60,915 nt of DNA from Acidimicrobiales bacterium (GCA_035536375.1 DATLOH010000062.1:1-60915); one strand, 5' to 3'; shown: positions 9,141 through 18,687, counted from the stretch's first letter. Translations and numbers: made by a program. Notes: generated from the sequence alone by a model not told the origin.

Positions 9141-10271
9141 TCATTGTGACGCCCTCCGCGGCACGTGCTCGACCGAGGTCGTGAACTCGGTCAGCGCGTC
9201 GTGGTCGACTTCGACGCCAAGCCCAGGGCCCGTAGGGACGTTGACGTGGCCGTCCTCGATGACGATCGGGGCGGTTATGTCGCGTTCGTAGAACCTCGCC
9301 GACGCCGACACGTCGCCGGTCAGCGTGAAGTTCGGCAGGGCGGCGAGCGCGATGTTCGCCGCCCGCCCGAGCCCTGTCTCGAGCATCCCGCCGCACCACA
9401 CGGGAACGTTGCGGGCGGCGCAAGCGTCGTGAACCCGGACGGCCTCGAGGTAGCCGCCGACGCGTCCGGCTTTGACGTTCACCACCGAGCACGCGCCGCG
9501 GTCGATGGCATCGATTGCCGACGCCGCCGACACAATCGACTCGTCGAGGCACACGGGCGTGCGGATCCGCCGCGCCAACTCGGCGTGCCCGGCCACGTCA
9601 TCCTCACCGAGCGGTTGCTCGATGAGGAGCAAGTCGAACTCGTCAAGCCGTCGCAGGTGATCGGCGTCCGCCAGGGTGTACGCGGTGTTGGCGTCGACCT
9701 GTAGAGCCAGATCGTCGCCGAACAGTTCCCGAACCGCACGCACCGGCTCGAGATCCCAGCCGGGCTCGATCTTCAACTTGATGCGCACATAGCCCTCGCT
9801 GATGTAGCGCTCGACGGCCTCCAGAAGCTCTCCGATGGAACCGAAGATGCCGACCGACACGCCCGAGGGAACCCGACTGCGCGTCACACCGAGAAAGTTC
9901 GCCAACGACCGGTTGGCGAGCCGCAGCTCGGCATCGAGCACCGCCATCTCGAGCGCCGCCTTCGCCATGGGATGACCCTTCACGTGCGCGAGAAGCTGCG
10001 TCACCGACGCCGCTTCTATCGACCGCCCGAACAGCGGCGGGAGCAGGTGGTGCCGGATGACGTGCTGCGCACCGTCGACGTACTCCGGCGAGTAATGCGG
10101 GTCGGCGAGCGCGACACACTCGCCCCATCCCTCGCCCTGTGACGTACGGACACGCACCAGCAGCGCATCACGCTCGTGCTGCACGCCGAACGACGTTCGG
10201 AACGGTGTCACGAGTGGCAGCGCCACGCGCCGCAGCTCAACTCCTTCGACGGTTATGCCGCCTGCCTCCAT
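9141..10271 (-). CDS. menC: o-succinylbenzoate synthase / N-succinylamino acid racemase (enolase superfamily)
   Basis: Near-colinear resemblance to Amycolatopsis NAAAR/OSBS as I remember it (GVELRRV.LPLV.PFRTSFG, YVRIKLKIEPGWD, LQVDANTAY, LLLIEQPL, CLDESI, KPGRVGG-like KAGRVGG, WCGGMLETG). Start taken at ATG 10271 (MEAGGITVEG). Confidence 0.9.
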   Translation of the reverse strand: MEAGGITVEGVELRRVALPLVTPFRTSFGVQHERDALLVRVRTSQGEGWGECVALADPHYSPEYVDGAQHVIRHHLLPPLFGRSIEAASVTQLLAHVKGHPMAKAALEMAVLDAELRLANRSLANFLGVTRSRVPSGVSVGIFGSIGELLEAVERYISEGYVRIKLKIEPGWDLEPVRAVRELFGDDLALQVDANTAYTLADADHLRRLDEFDLLLIEQPLGEDDVAGHAELARRIRTPVCLDESIVSAASAIDAIDRGACSVVNVKAGRVGGYLEAVRVHDACAARNVPVWCGGMLETGLGRAANIALAALPNFTLTGDVSASARFYERDITAPIVIEDGHVNVPTGPGLGVEVDHDALTEFTTSVEHVPRRASQ

Positions 10272-10326
10272 ACCGGACCTCCTCGGACAGCATGCCTCGG
10301 TCGGCGCGTGGACCAAGATTGCTCAA

Positions 10327-11982
10327 ATGAGTCCTCAGCTCGGTCGCGACGTGCTGCTCGAGGTGTTGCGCACCGAGGGCGTGCGGCACATCTTCGGCAA
10401 TCCCGGCAGCACTGAACTGCCCTTCATGGACGCGCTTGCGGACGCAACCGACCTTCGGTATGTACTTGCGCTGCAAGAGGCGACCGCTGTGGCCATGGCC
10501 GACGGGTATGCGCAGGCGACGCGCCGGCCGGCGTTCCTGAACCTGCACACGTCCGCCGGACTGGGCAACGCCATCGGCAACCTCACGAATGCGCAAGCCA
10601 ACCGAACTCCGCTAGTCGTCACCGCAGGGCAGCAGGACTACCGCCATATCCACCACGATCCCCTGCTGTCTGGCGACTTGGTCGGCCTGGCCCGTACAAC
10701 TTCGAAATGGGCTCATGAACTGCGCACGCCTGCCGAAATGGGGACGATCCTGCGACGCGCGTTCCAGGATGCCGCGTCTCCGCCGGCAGGACCCGTGTTC
10801 GTGTCGCTGCCGATGAACTTCCTCGAAGTCGAGGTAGACGACGCACCGCCCCCTCCCTCGGGCATCCGTCGACGGGCCGTCGCGGACGGCCTCGATGAGC
10901 TGGCGGATTTGTTGGTCGGCACCCCGCGGGAACGCCTCGCGATCATTGCCGGCGACGAAGTCGCCGAGTCCGACGGACTCGTCGCGCTCGTCGCACTCGC
11001 CGAGGCGCTCGCTGTCCGAGTCCATGGCGCGCCCCTGCACCCGGCGACGGTATTCCCGACAACGCACGCGCTCTGGGCCGGTCCGCTCCCGCCCGCCGCA
11101 AGCGCGATCAACGCAAAGCTTGCTTCGTACGACCGCGTGTTGCTCATCGGCGGCAACGCACTCATGGTTTATCCGTACACACCGGGTCCGGCGCTTCCCC
11201 AGTCCTGCGAGCTCCTGCAAATCAGCGCCGATCCCCACCAGCTCGGCCACGCATGGCCGGTGGGTCTCGGGCTCGTCGGCGACCCTCGTGCGACGCTCGA
11301 AGCACTCGTCGCGCTGGTGACCGAGCGGGTGGACACCCTCTCGACCGCCGCCGCGCGGCTCGCGGCTGACAGGGCAAGGACTGCGGCGGACGAGGAGCGC
11401 GAGCGCGCCATCCTCGACAGATATGGCGACACACCTGTTCAACCAGCCGCAGCCGTCCACGCGCTCCTGCGCGCCCTGCCCGACGACACAGTTGTCGTCG
11501 ATGAAGCCATCACCACCGGCACCTACATCCGCGCCGCGCACCGCACGACCCGCGGCGGCCGGTACTTCTTCGCCGCTGGTGGCGGGCTCGGCTGGGGCAT
11601 GCCTGCGGCGGTAGGCGTATCGCTCGGCTACGACCGAGATCCGGTCGTCTGTGTCGTCGGGGACGGTTCTGCGATGTACTCGCCCCAAGCGCTGTGGACC
11701 GCCGCCCGCGAGCAGCTGCCGGTGCTGTTCGTGGTCGTGAACAACCGGCAGTACCTCATCCTGAAGAACAACCTGAGGAACATGGCCGGCACGAGCGCTA
11801 GCACGGACACCTTCGTGGGCATGGACCTCGACAATCCAGAAATCGACTACCAGGCGCTCGCCCGATCGATGGGCGTCGCTGCGACGCATGTCGAGAAGGC
11901 ATCCGAGATCGGCGATGCCGCTCGCGCCGCCCTAGCGACCGGCCGCCCGCACCTGCTCGAGATCCCGATCGCCGCGCCGTGA
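10327..11982 (+). CDS. mdlC: thiamine-diphosphate enzyme, benzoylformate decarboxylase-like
   Basis: FGNPGSTELPFMDAL, ALQEATAVAMADGYAQATRRPAF and GDGSAMYSPQALWTAAREQLPVLFVVVNNRQY closely parallel Pseudomonas putida MdlC as I remember it. Start ATG 10327. Confidence 0.8.
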   Translation: MSPQLGRDVLLEVLRTEGVRHIFGNPGSTELPFMDALADATDLRYVLALQEATAVAMADGYAQATRRPAFLNLHTSAGLGNAIGNLTNAQANRTPLVVTAGQQDYRHIHHDPLLSGDLVGLARTTSKWAHELRTPAEMGTILRRAFQDAASPPAGPVFVSLPMNFLEVEVDDAPPPPSGIRRRAVADGLDELADLLVGTPRERLAIIAGDEVAESDGLVALVALAEALAVRVHGAPLHPATVFPTTHALWAGPLPPAASAINAKLASYDRVLLIGGNALMVYPYTPGPALPQSCELLQISADPHQLGHAWPVGLGLVGDPRATLEALVALVTERVDTLSTAAARLAADRARTAADEERERAILDRYGDTPVQPAAAVHALLRALPDDTVVVDEAITTGTYIRAAHRTTRGGRYFFAAGGGLGWGMPAAVGVSLGYDRDPVVCVVGDGSAMYSPQALWTAAREQLPVLFVVVNNRQYLILKNNLRNMAGTSASTDTFVGMDLDNPEIDYQALARSMGVAATHVEKASEIGDAARAALATGRPHLLEIPIAAP

Positions 11983-13182
11983 CTCGCGTCCTCTGATCAA
12001 CCCGCGGACCGACAACAGCAGGCCAGCGCCTGCGATCACCGCCAGCGTGCGCATCCCGCCCGCCGACCGGAACGGCACCGCAGTCGCCAAGCCTGCCCCG
12101 CCAACCCACCAGAGCTGGAAGATCGTCTCGTAGCGCGCAAACGTTCGCCCGCGCACCGCTTCCGGTGCGTCGTGCTGCAGGAGGCTGTCGAACGCCAATC
12201 GACCCGCGCCCGCAGCAAACCCAACCACAGCGGCGACGAGCGCAGCGGCGCCGACGTCGAACGATCGCGCCGCCCAAAGCGCCACGACGCCGACTGCACC
12301 GAGGCTGACCAACAGCAGCAGCGACTCGCGCAGCGCAGCGCGGAGCACGGGCGCAACAACGGACCCGACGAAGCCTCCGACCGCAGCGGCCGCGACAACG
12401 AGAGCGAATCCGCGTCCGGTCTCCCCGGCGTCTTTCAGCACGAAGGCCAGAAGGAACGTGAGAAATCCGACGGACGCGCGCGTCGCAGCCATCGCCAGCC
12501 CGCCCGCGCGCAGGCGTCCGCTCAACAGCTGGCGGTAGTCCTCCACCGCTGTGTGGGGCTCGCCTTCGCCCTTGACCCTCGGCAGCCGCCAGGCGGGAAC
12601 AACCCCACATGCGAACACCCCAGCGGCCAGGCCGAGCGCCAAACCCGGTCCTTGTAGCGCGTTCGCCGCGGCCGCGATGCCTGCGCCGACGGCGGCGCCG
12701 AGCACCGAGGTCACGGCCAGCCACGCGTTTCCCCACATCAGCTGGCGTCCAGGGGGAACGGCGTCGGGTACGAGCGCACTGCGACTGACACCGTGGACGC
12801 GCGACAGCACGAGCAGACCGAACGCCAATGGGTAGAGCGCGAGGCGCTCAGTGCGGCTCGACAGCAGAACGGCTAAGAGCGCCCGACCCGCAGTCGAGAT
12901 CACGATTGCGACCCGGTATCCGCCTCGCCGGCGATCTAGCCATGGACCGATCACCGGCGAGAGCACGGCGAAGGGCGTCATCGTGACGGCGAGATACAAC
13001 GCGACCTTGTCGCGCGCCTCGCCAATTGGTGCTGCGAAGAACAGCGTGTTGGCGAGCGCGATCGCAACCATCCCGTCGCCGACTGCGTGTGCGAGTTGCG
13101 ACTCGGCTAGCCGTCGGAACGGGATCCAGCTCCGCACGCTTGTGCCGACCCGGGCGCGCTCGTGCTGCGCCTCGTCGTTCAA
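11932..13182 (-). CDS. MFS transporter
   Basis: About 12 hydrophobic segments and 416 aa. Its 3' end overlaps the convergent TPP-enzyme gene by 51 nt. Confidence 0.8.
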   Translation of the reverse strand: MNDEAQHERARVGTSVRSWIPFRRLAESQLAHAVGDGMVAIALANTLFFAAPIGEARDKVALYLAVTMTPFAVLSPVIGPWLDRRRGGYRVAIVISTAGRALLAVLLSSRTERLALYPLAFGLLVLSRVHGVSRSALVPDAVPPGRQLMWGNAWLAVTSVLGAAVGAGIAAAANALQGPGLALGLAAGVFACGVVPAWRLPRVKGEGEPHTAVEDYRQLLSGRLRAGGLAMAATRASVGFLTFLLAFVLKDAGETGRGFALVVAAAAVGGFVGSVVAPVLRAALRESLLLLVSLGAVGVVALWAARSFDVGAAALVAAVVGFAAGAGRLAFDSLLQHDAPEAVRGRTFARYETIFQLWWVGGAGLATAVPFRSAGGMRTLAVIAGAGLLLSVRGLIRGRESRRGDRDLEQVRAAGR

Positions 13183-13238
13183 AGAAGCTCCAGGTCTTCG
13201 ATGACCAACTGTGCCACCGTACGTGGCGGGCCGTTCTA

Positions 13239-14210
13239 CTAGTGCAGGCAGGAACAGTGCATGTGCAGGCGAACAGCGCTTCCGGTGGCGAACGAGCGAA
13301 CCTGTATGAGGTCACAGAGCTGAGTCGCCATCCAGAGACCCCGGCCGCTCTCGTGGTCCTCGTGTGGCTCCACGCGGCCTGCGAGCGGATCGGTGATGTG
13401 ACCGCGGTCGGCCACCTCGCAGATGAGCGTCGAGTCAGATGCCCAGATCCGTAGAGCCCCTGACCCGCCGCCGTGACGCACCGTGTTCGACGCGATCTCG
13501 TTGACCGCCACTACGAGGTCGTCAATACGCGGCTCACTCAGCCCTAGGCATCGAGCGTGCCGCGCCACCACCCGCCGGAGCGTCGACAAAGTGCTCGCCG
13601 CGACAGGCTCCTCGGCCAGGACATCGATCGGCTCAGGGAGTGGGGCGTCGAAAGGCGCAGCGATGTCGCGCAGATCGAGGCAGTCCGCACTTGGGCGCTG
13701 CTGAAGATCCTCGACGAGCGCAGTGTGACTCCGGAACGCCTCACTGAGCACGTCAGGGCCGAGCGCGCTTGTGTCGTACGGGCACAGAAGCCGGAAGTTC
13801 GACGCGTCTGCGAACGCAAGGTTGATGAGTCTCTCGTGGCGCTGGCACTCGACGAGCTCGTCGGCGGGGCGATCCGCCCAGATCGGCTCACCAATCCCGC
13901 GGAACGCCCGGCCGGCCGCAAGCGCCTTGTCTGCGAAGCGACGCCAGACAGGAATGATGCGCGCCGGGTTCGCTCCCACCTCCGCCATGTCGGCGAACTG
14001 CACCCGATCGGCCTGAACGCCCAGCCGTTCCTTGAGCATCGCGATCTTGTCCGCTGAGACGACAACCAGCACGGGTTCGTCCCGAGCCAGGCCTTCCCGG
14101 ATGAACGCGAGCGTTCCCACGAGGAATTGCCGTTCGTTGCGATAGAGCAGTGCTTCGTGGCTGAACGGCTTGGTCGCCTGCTCAGTAGCGGTGAGGACCG
14201 AAAGCCCCAT
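13239..14210 (-). CDS. MEDS domain + RsbW/RsbA-like anti-sigma-factor serine kinase (HATPase_c_2)
   Basis: N-terminus FSHEALLYRNERQFLVGTLAFIREGLARDEPVLVV...LLCPYD fits the MEDS pattern. C-terminus NEIASNTVRHGGG...DRGHI...GRGLWMATQLCD is the GHKL ATPase N-box/G-box. Start ATG 14210 overlaps the upstream stop (ATGA). Confidence 0.75.
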   Translation of the reverse strand: MGLSVLTATEQATKPFSHEALLYRNERQFLVGTLAFIREGLARDEPVLVVVSADKIAMLKERLGVQADRVQFADMAEVGANPARIIPVWRRFADKALAAGRAFRGIGEPIWADRPADELVECQRHERLINLAFADASNFRLLCPYDTSALGPDVLSEAFRSHTALVEDLQQRPSADCLDLRDIAAPFDAPLPEPIDVLAEEPVAASTLSTLRRVVARHARCLGLSEPRIDDLVVAVNEIASNTVRHGGGSGALRIWASDSTLICEVADRGHITDPLAGRVEPHEDHESGRGLWMATQLCDLIQVRSFATGSAVRLHMHCSCLH

Positions 14211-15124
14211 CACGCTCCCCCGCTCCGCGACCCGCTGTCGATGTCGATGACGATCCGCGGGTGATCGAGCCAGCCCGAAAGCGCGAGGGCCCGGGCGAGC
14301 GGGCGCGTTGGACGAGTCAGAACAAGTCGTCGTTGGAACGACAAACTGTCGGCTAGTCGATAAAGCACTCGGCACCCCGTGGCATCGATGAAGGCCACCC
14401 GGCCCACATCCAGCACCAAGTCACCGTTCCCATCTGCGTGCGCTTGCAAACGCGCCCACAAATATCGATCGACGGCCAGGTCGATCTCGCCGCCGATGGC
14501 CAGTTCACCCGATTCGAGCTCGCTAACGGTCAGTCGCCCGAATTCGACGACCGACCCGTGCGAGCCGAGATCGATGCGGACCGGGTGGGTGCTCGATAGT
14601 CGCCTCAGGGCTTCCGCCGGCCACTCCCGCGCGTCGTAGCGGCACAGGGTGAGGAGCCCCCCGCCCTCTACGACTGGCGAGAGGGCCGCTTCAAAGGCGA
14701 CCAGGCGATCAATTTCGGCTCGGGCGGCGCGCCCGGGGACCGGCGCGGTCACGGCCAAACCGGTAAAACCGTCGTTGCGAGCGTCGACCACATCCTCGGC
14801 CAGGCGGCTGACGCCTTCGCAGGGATCGATTTCGGACGCAGCGTCATGTTGCGTCCGGATTTCGAGCTGGGTGTCGGCGATAAGCGCCTCTACGTCGAGA
14901 CCGCTCTCGCGGAGCGCCGAGCGGGCTGCGCTTTCGGCTCCGGCGCCGACGGCGCAGACGACGCGCTCCCCGCGCGCAACCGCATCGGTGGCGAAACGCG
15001 CCAGCACCATCCTCTTCACCGCATCCGAGCGATAGGCGCACGAGGCGTGGTCGCCCTGCCGAAGGCCAGCGAGCGCCCGCCCGGCAAGCGCAATGGCCAT
15101 ATCGCGCATATTACGATCGCGCAT
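14210..15124 (-). CDS. MEDS domain + STAS (anti-sigma-factor antagonist-like) protein
   Basis: N-terminus GDHASCAYRSD...ARGERVVC...LLTLCRYD is MEDS-like. C-terminus LAIGGEIDLAVDRYLWARL...DLVLDVGRVAFIDATGCRVLYRLA is the STAS/SpoIIAA pattern. Three in-frame ATGs (15124, 15109, 15100). Confidence 0.7.
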   Translation of the reverse strand: MRDRNMRDMAIALAGRALAGLRQGDHASCAYRSDAVKRMVLARFATDAVARGERVVCAVGAGAESAARSALRESGLDVEALIADTQLEIRTQHDAASEIDPCEGVSRLAEDVVDARNDGFTGLAVTAPVPGRAARAEIDRLVAFEAALSPVVEGGGLLTLCRYDAREWPAEALRRLSSTHPVRIDLGSHGSVVEFGRLTVSELESGELAIGGEIDLAVDRYLWARLQAHADGNGDLVLDVGRVAFIDATGCRVLYRLADSLSFQRRLVLTRPTRPLARALALSGWLDHPRIVIDIDSGSRSGGA

Positions 15125-15130
15125 ATTACG
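15101..15130. repeat. perfect 2 x 15-bp tandem duplication at the 5' end of the MEDS-STAS gene
   Basis: Plus strand atcgcgcatattacg twice (15101-15115, 15116-15130). On the minus strand this is CGTAATATGCGCGAT x2, each copy carrying TAATAT and an in-frame ATG. Confidence 0.95.
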
Positions 15131-15153
15131 AGACCCCGGTTTGAAGGACCCGG

Positions 15154-15585
15154 CTAACCGTCGTCGCCGTCCTTGTTGCCCTTGCCGCGGCCCTCGCCGC
15201 GATCATCCTCGCCGCTGTCGCCCTCGTCCTTGTCCTCCTTAGGGGGCTCGGTCACGATCGGTGCGGTAGAGGGAGGCTCCCGGCGCTGCGTCGTGGTCGG
15301 CACGATCAGTGAGGCGCTCTCGGCGACTCGCGCTGCCTCGGCAAGGATGGCGGCGGCGCCTTTGTCACTGAGGTTGCCTTGCGCTTGGAGTTGGGCGACA
15401 ACCCCGTTCATCTCTGCGACCTCCGCCCTGACCCGGCGAGCGTCGGCGGCCGCCGCCGCCAAGCGGATCTCAGCCACGTGAGCGTTCAGGACGGTCGTCG
15501 CGCGGTCGCTCACCAGGTCCTTCTCGCCACCTCCGCACGCGCCGAGCGCTAGGGCAAGTGCGAGGCCTATCGAGGCGACCCTCAT
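15154..15585 (-). CDS. lipoprotein with charged low-complexity C-terminus
   Basis: [20 protein letters not shown] signal peptide with a lipobox (LGAC). Start overlaps the kinase stop (ATGA at 15582-15585). Confidence 0.65.
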   Translation of the reverse strand: MRVASIGLALALALGACGGGEKDLVSDRATTVLNAHVAEIRLAAAAADARRVRAEVAEMNGVVAQLQAQGNLSDKGAAAILAEAARVAESASLIVPTTTQRREPPSTAPIVTEPPKEDKDEGDSGEDDRGEGRGKGNKDGDDG

Positions 15586-16754
15586 CCGTTCACCGCCCGT
15601 TCGAGGTCATCGATCGCGTCGTCGAGCGGTGCAGGCACCTGTGCCCCGCCGGGCTGGCCGGCAGTGGGTTGCGTCGAAGACCCGCTGTCGGTCGCCCCCC
15701 TCTCGCTGGAGTCTCCGGCGGCGATCACGGCCGCCACGATCAGCGCCAGCACCACAGCGGCGACGGCGAGCAGACGAAGCTCGCGTGGGCCGGTCCGCCA
15801 CAACCCGCCAGGTGTTGTGCGATCACGCCGTGTCAGCGGCCGAGCAGGTGCGTCGGAGAGGACGGTCGTGGCGCCGGCGGGAGCCAGGATGCGGGTCGGC
15901 TCGCCGGCCTCGTCGGCCCAACGCGTGGGGGTCGCGTCTACCGCAGCGAGAGCTCGCGACATCTCTGCTGCGGACTGGAATCGGCCCTCCCGGTCCTTGA
16001 GCATCGCGCCTTCAATGACCGCGGCGAGGGCCGGATCTACCTCGGCACAGCGTTGCGACAGAGGCTCGGCGTCAGATGTTGCGATCGCGTGCGCGACGGC
16101 GATCGGTGTGTCGCCTCGGAAAGGTTGTTTCCCCGTGAGCGCCTCGTAGAGCACGACGCCGAGCGCATACAGGTCGGCGCTCGGCGTCGCCGGCTCGCCC
16201 GTCAGTCGCTCGGGTGCGAGATACGCCGGCGTCCCCAGCACCTGACCGACGAGCGTGTGGTCGAGGCCTTCCGTGCTCTTCGCTATTCCGAAGTCGGCGA
16301 GCTTGGCCCGGCCGTCGTCGGTGAGCAGGATGTTCCCGGGCTTGACGTCGCGGTGGAGGATGCCGAGGTCATGCGCGGCACCGAGCGCTCCAAGCACGTC
16401 ATACGCGACCGCACGAACCCGATCGGGAGGCAGCGGCCCCCGGACGAGCTCGTCGTACAGCGTCCGGCCCGGGAGGCACTCCATAACCAGGTACGGGCAG
16501 CGCTCGAACTCGCCGCTGTCGAGCACCATGACGACGTTCGGATGACTCAATCGGGCGGCCGACCGCGCCTCGGCCTCGAAACGATTGCGGACGTCGGGCT
16601 GCGCCGCCAGGTCGTTGCGAAGGAACTTCACGGCGACCTCACGCCCGAGGCGGTGATCGATGGCCCGGTGCACGTCGCCCATGCCGCCGCGCCCGAGCAA
16701 CGACCCGATCTCGTAGCGGTCGTCGAGGATGTCGGGACGCGGTTCTGCCAGCAC
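15582..16754 (-). CDS. Hanks-type serine/threonine protein kinase, single-pass membrane
   Basis: GRGGMGDV...VAVKFL (P-loop/Lys), [28 protein letters not shown] helix ([21 protein letters not shown]) is followed by a short extracytoplasmic tail. Confidence 0.9.
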   Translation of the reverse strand: MLAEPRPDILDDRYEIGSLLGRGGMGDVHRAIDHRLGREVAVKFLRNDLAAQPDVRNRFEAEARSAARLSHPNVVMVLDSGEFERCPYLVMECLPGRTLYDELVRGPLPPDRVRAVAYDVLGALGAAHDLGILHRDVKPGNILLTDDGRAKLADFGIAKSTEGLDHTLVGQVLGTPAYLAPERLTGEPATPSADLYALGVVLYEALTGKQPFRGDTPIAVAHAIATSDAEPLSQRCAEVDPALAAVIEGAMLKDREGRFQSAAEMSRALAAVDATPTRWADEAGEPTRILAPAGATTVLSDAPARPLTRRDRTTPGGLWRTGPRELRLLAVAAVVLALIVAAVIAAGDSSERGATDSGSSTQPTAGQPGGAQVPAPLDDAIDDLERAVNG

Positions 16755-16807
16755 GGTGCAAACGTTCCCAATCGTTCGCTTCGTCAGTCACATCGGGCAA
16801 AACACAC

Positions 16808-17623
16808 ATGCTGAGCAGCGTTCGCGTAGCGTCCCCGACGATGCCGGCGTCCACCGAACCGCTTCCGCCCGCAACAACGCCGGACACGACGCCGCTCGTC
16901 GTGCTCGACAAGGTGAACAAACATTTCGGCGACGTCCACGCTCTCGTCGACGTGGATCTGACGGTCGACCACGGCGAGGTCCTCGTCGTCGTCGGCCCGT
17001 CTGGCTCCGGAAAGTCGACGCTCTGTCGAGCCATCAACCGGTTGGAGCCGATCGACAGCGGCACGATCACCATCGACGGTGTCCGGCTCCCCGAGGAAGG
17101 TCGGGCACTCGCACGTCTCCGGGCCGACGTGGGCATGGTGTTCCAGTCGTTCAACCTGTTCGCTCACAAGTCGGTCCTCGACAACGTCACGCTCGGCCCC
17201 TTGAAGGTTCGCAAACTGTCGAAAGCCGAAGCGCGTGATCGCGCCATGTCGCTGCTCCAACGCGTTGGCATCGAGCACAAGGCCGATCGCTATCCCGCGG
17301 AGCTCTCCGGTGGCCAGCAGCAGCGCGCCGCGATAGCTCGGGCGTTGGCCATGGAGCCGAAGCTGATGCTGTTCGACGAGCCGACCTCCGCGCTCGATCC
17401 CGAGATGATCTCCGAGGTGCTCGACGTCATGGTCGAACTCGCTCGGGAGGGCACGACGATGGTCGTGGTCAGCCACGAGATGGGTTTCGCGCGCTCGGCC
17501 GCGCGCCGCGTGGCGTTCATGGATGCCGGCCGCATCGTCGAGGTCGCGCCGCCGGAGAAGTTCTTCGACCATCCCGAGTCCGACCGGGCTCGGGACTTCC
17601 TATCCAAGATCCTGGCTCACTAA
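16808..17623 (+). CDS. gluA: glutamate/amino-acid ABC transporter ATP-binding protein
   Basis: Walker [10 protein letters not shown], signature [15 protein letters not shown], Walker [13 protein letters not shown]. First gene of a gluABCD-ordered operon. Start 16808 or 16841. Confidence 0.9.
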   Translation: MLSSVRVASPTMPASTEPLPPATTPDTTPLVVLDKVNKHFGDVHALVDVDLTVDHGEVLVVVGPSGSGKSTLCRAINRLEPIDSGTITIDGVRLPEEGRALARLRADVGMVFQSFNLFAHKSVLDNVTLGPLKVRKLSKAEARDRAMSLLQRVGIEHKADRYPAELSGGQQQRAAIARALAMEPKLMLFDEPTSALDPEMISEVLDVMVELAREGTTMVVVSHEMGFARSAARRVAFMDAGRIVEVAPPEKFFDHPESDRARDFLSKILAH

Positions 17624-17652
17624 TGGCAACCAACACGAGGAGAAAACCAACA

Positions 17653-18672
17653 ATGAGAAGAATGCTGTGCGCGCTGCTGGTCGGCGTCTCGTTGATTGCG
17701 GCCGGCTGCGGATCAGACGACGATGACGCCGCAACAACGGCGACGACCGTCGCCGACAAGGCCCCGCAGTTCGCCGCCGGCTCGACAATGGCGAAGATCC
17801 AGGCGAAGGGCAAGATCGTCATTGGCACGAAGTTCAACCAGCTCGGATCGGGCTTGAAGAATCCGGCAACCGGCGAGCTCGAGGGTTTCGACATCGAGAT
17901 CGGCAAGCTCATCGCTGCCGAGCTGTTCGGCGTCGAGGCCAGCAAGGCAGAGGACAAGATCGAATTCGTCGAAACCCCGACCCCGGTTCGCGAGTTCACG
18001 ATCCAGAAGGGTGACGTCGACATCATCGTGGCGACCTACACGATCAACGACGCCCGCAAGGCCTTTGTCGATTTCGCCGGCCCGTACGTCATCGACGGCC
18101 AGACGGTGATGGTGCCGGCCGACAACACGACGATCAAGACGCTCGAGGATCTCAACGGCAAGAAGGTGTGCACCGCCCGTGCGTCCACCACCCCGAAGAA
18201 CCTCACCGACAAGAAGATCACGGCCAACATCACGTTGTTCGAGACCTATCCCGAGTGCGCAACCGCGCTGCGGCAGGGACGGGTCGACGCGGTCGTCACG
18301 GACCGCGGCATCCTGCTCGGGCTTGTCGAGCAGAGCGCCCGTGGCTTCAAGATCGTCGACATCGACGTGAGCGAGGAGCCGCTCGGTATCGGGCTCAAGA
18401 AGGGCGACGACGCCTTCCGCGACTTCCTCAACGACACCCTCGAGGAGATCTTCGAGAACGGTGAGTGGGCCACCGCCTATGCAGGAACCCTGGGCAAGCT
18501 CGGTCTCGAGACGCCGGAGCCGCCCACTGTCAACCGCTACACCGGCTCTGGGCCCGCGACGTCCGTCGCAACTACCGGCGTCGTTCCGGTCACGACCACA
18601 ACCGCCGCAAGTGGCGGCAGCAGAGGACCCACGACAAGCACTACAAGCAGCGTCGCAAGCACCACCCGCTAA
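17653..18672 (+). CDS. gluB: amino-acid ABC transporter substrate-binding lipoprotein
   Basis: MRRMLCALLVGVSLIAAGC lipobox. GAGGAG RBS 10 nt upstream of ATG 17653 (the ORF is also open from ATG 17623). SBP_bac_3-like body with a Thr/Ser-rich tail. Confidence 0.85.
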   Translation: MRRMLCALLVGVSLIAAGCGSDDDDAATTATTVADKAPQFAAGSTMAKIQAKGKIVIGTKFNQLGSGLKNPATGELEGFDIEIGKLIAAELFGVEASKAEDKIEFVETPTPVREFTIQKGDVDIIVATYTINDARKAFVDFAGPYVIDGQTVMVPADNTTIKTLEDLNGKKVCTARASTTPKNLTDKKITANITLFETYPECATALRQGRVDAVVTDRGILLGLVEQSARGFKIVDIDVSEEPLGIGLKKGDDAFRDFLNDTLEEIFENGEWATAYAGTLGKLGLETPEPPTVNRYTGSGPATSVATTGVVPVTTTTAASGGSRGPTTSTTSSVASTTR

Positions 18673-18687
18673 GGACGCGCCCCGGTC

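Noticed and set aside
8249-11982. Reading the alpha/beta hydrolase + OSBS + ThDP enzyme as a menH-menC-menD menaquinone cluster.
   Set aside because: The ThDP enzyme carries benzoylformate-decarboxylase-type motifs (FGNPGSTELPF; GDGSAMYSPQALWTAA...VVNN), not MenD motifs, and no menB/menE/menF gene is present.
11932-11982. 51-nt convergent 3' overlap of the ThDP-enzyme gene and the MFS gene (similar to the 80-nt helicase/MFS overlap at 4861-4940).
   Set aside because: Both C-termini look like natural unstructured tails. Such overlaps follow from the scarcity of stop codons in GC-rich DNA, and I see no additional signal.
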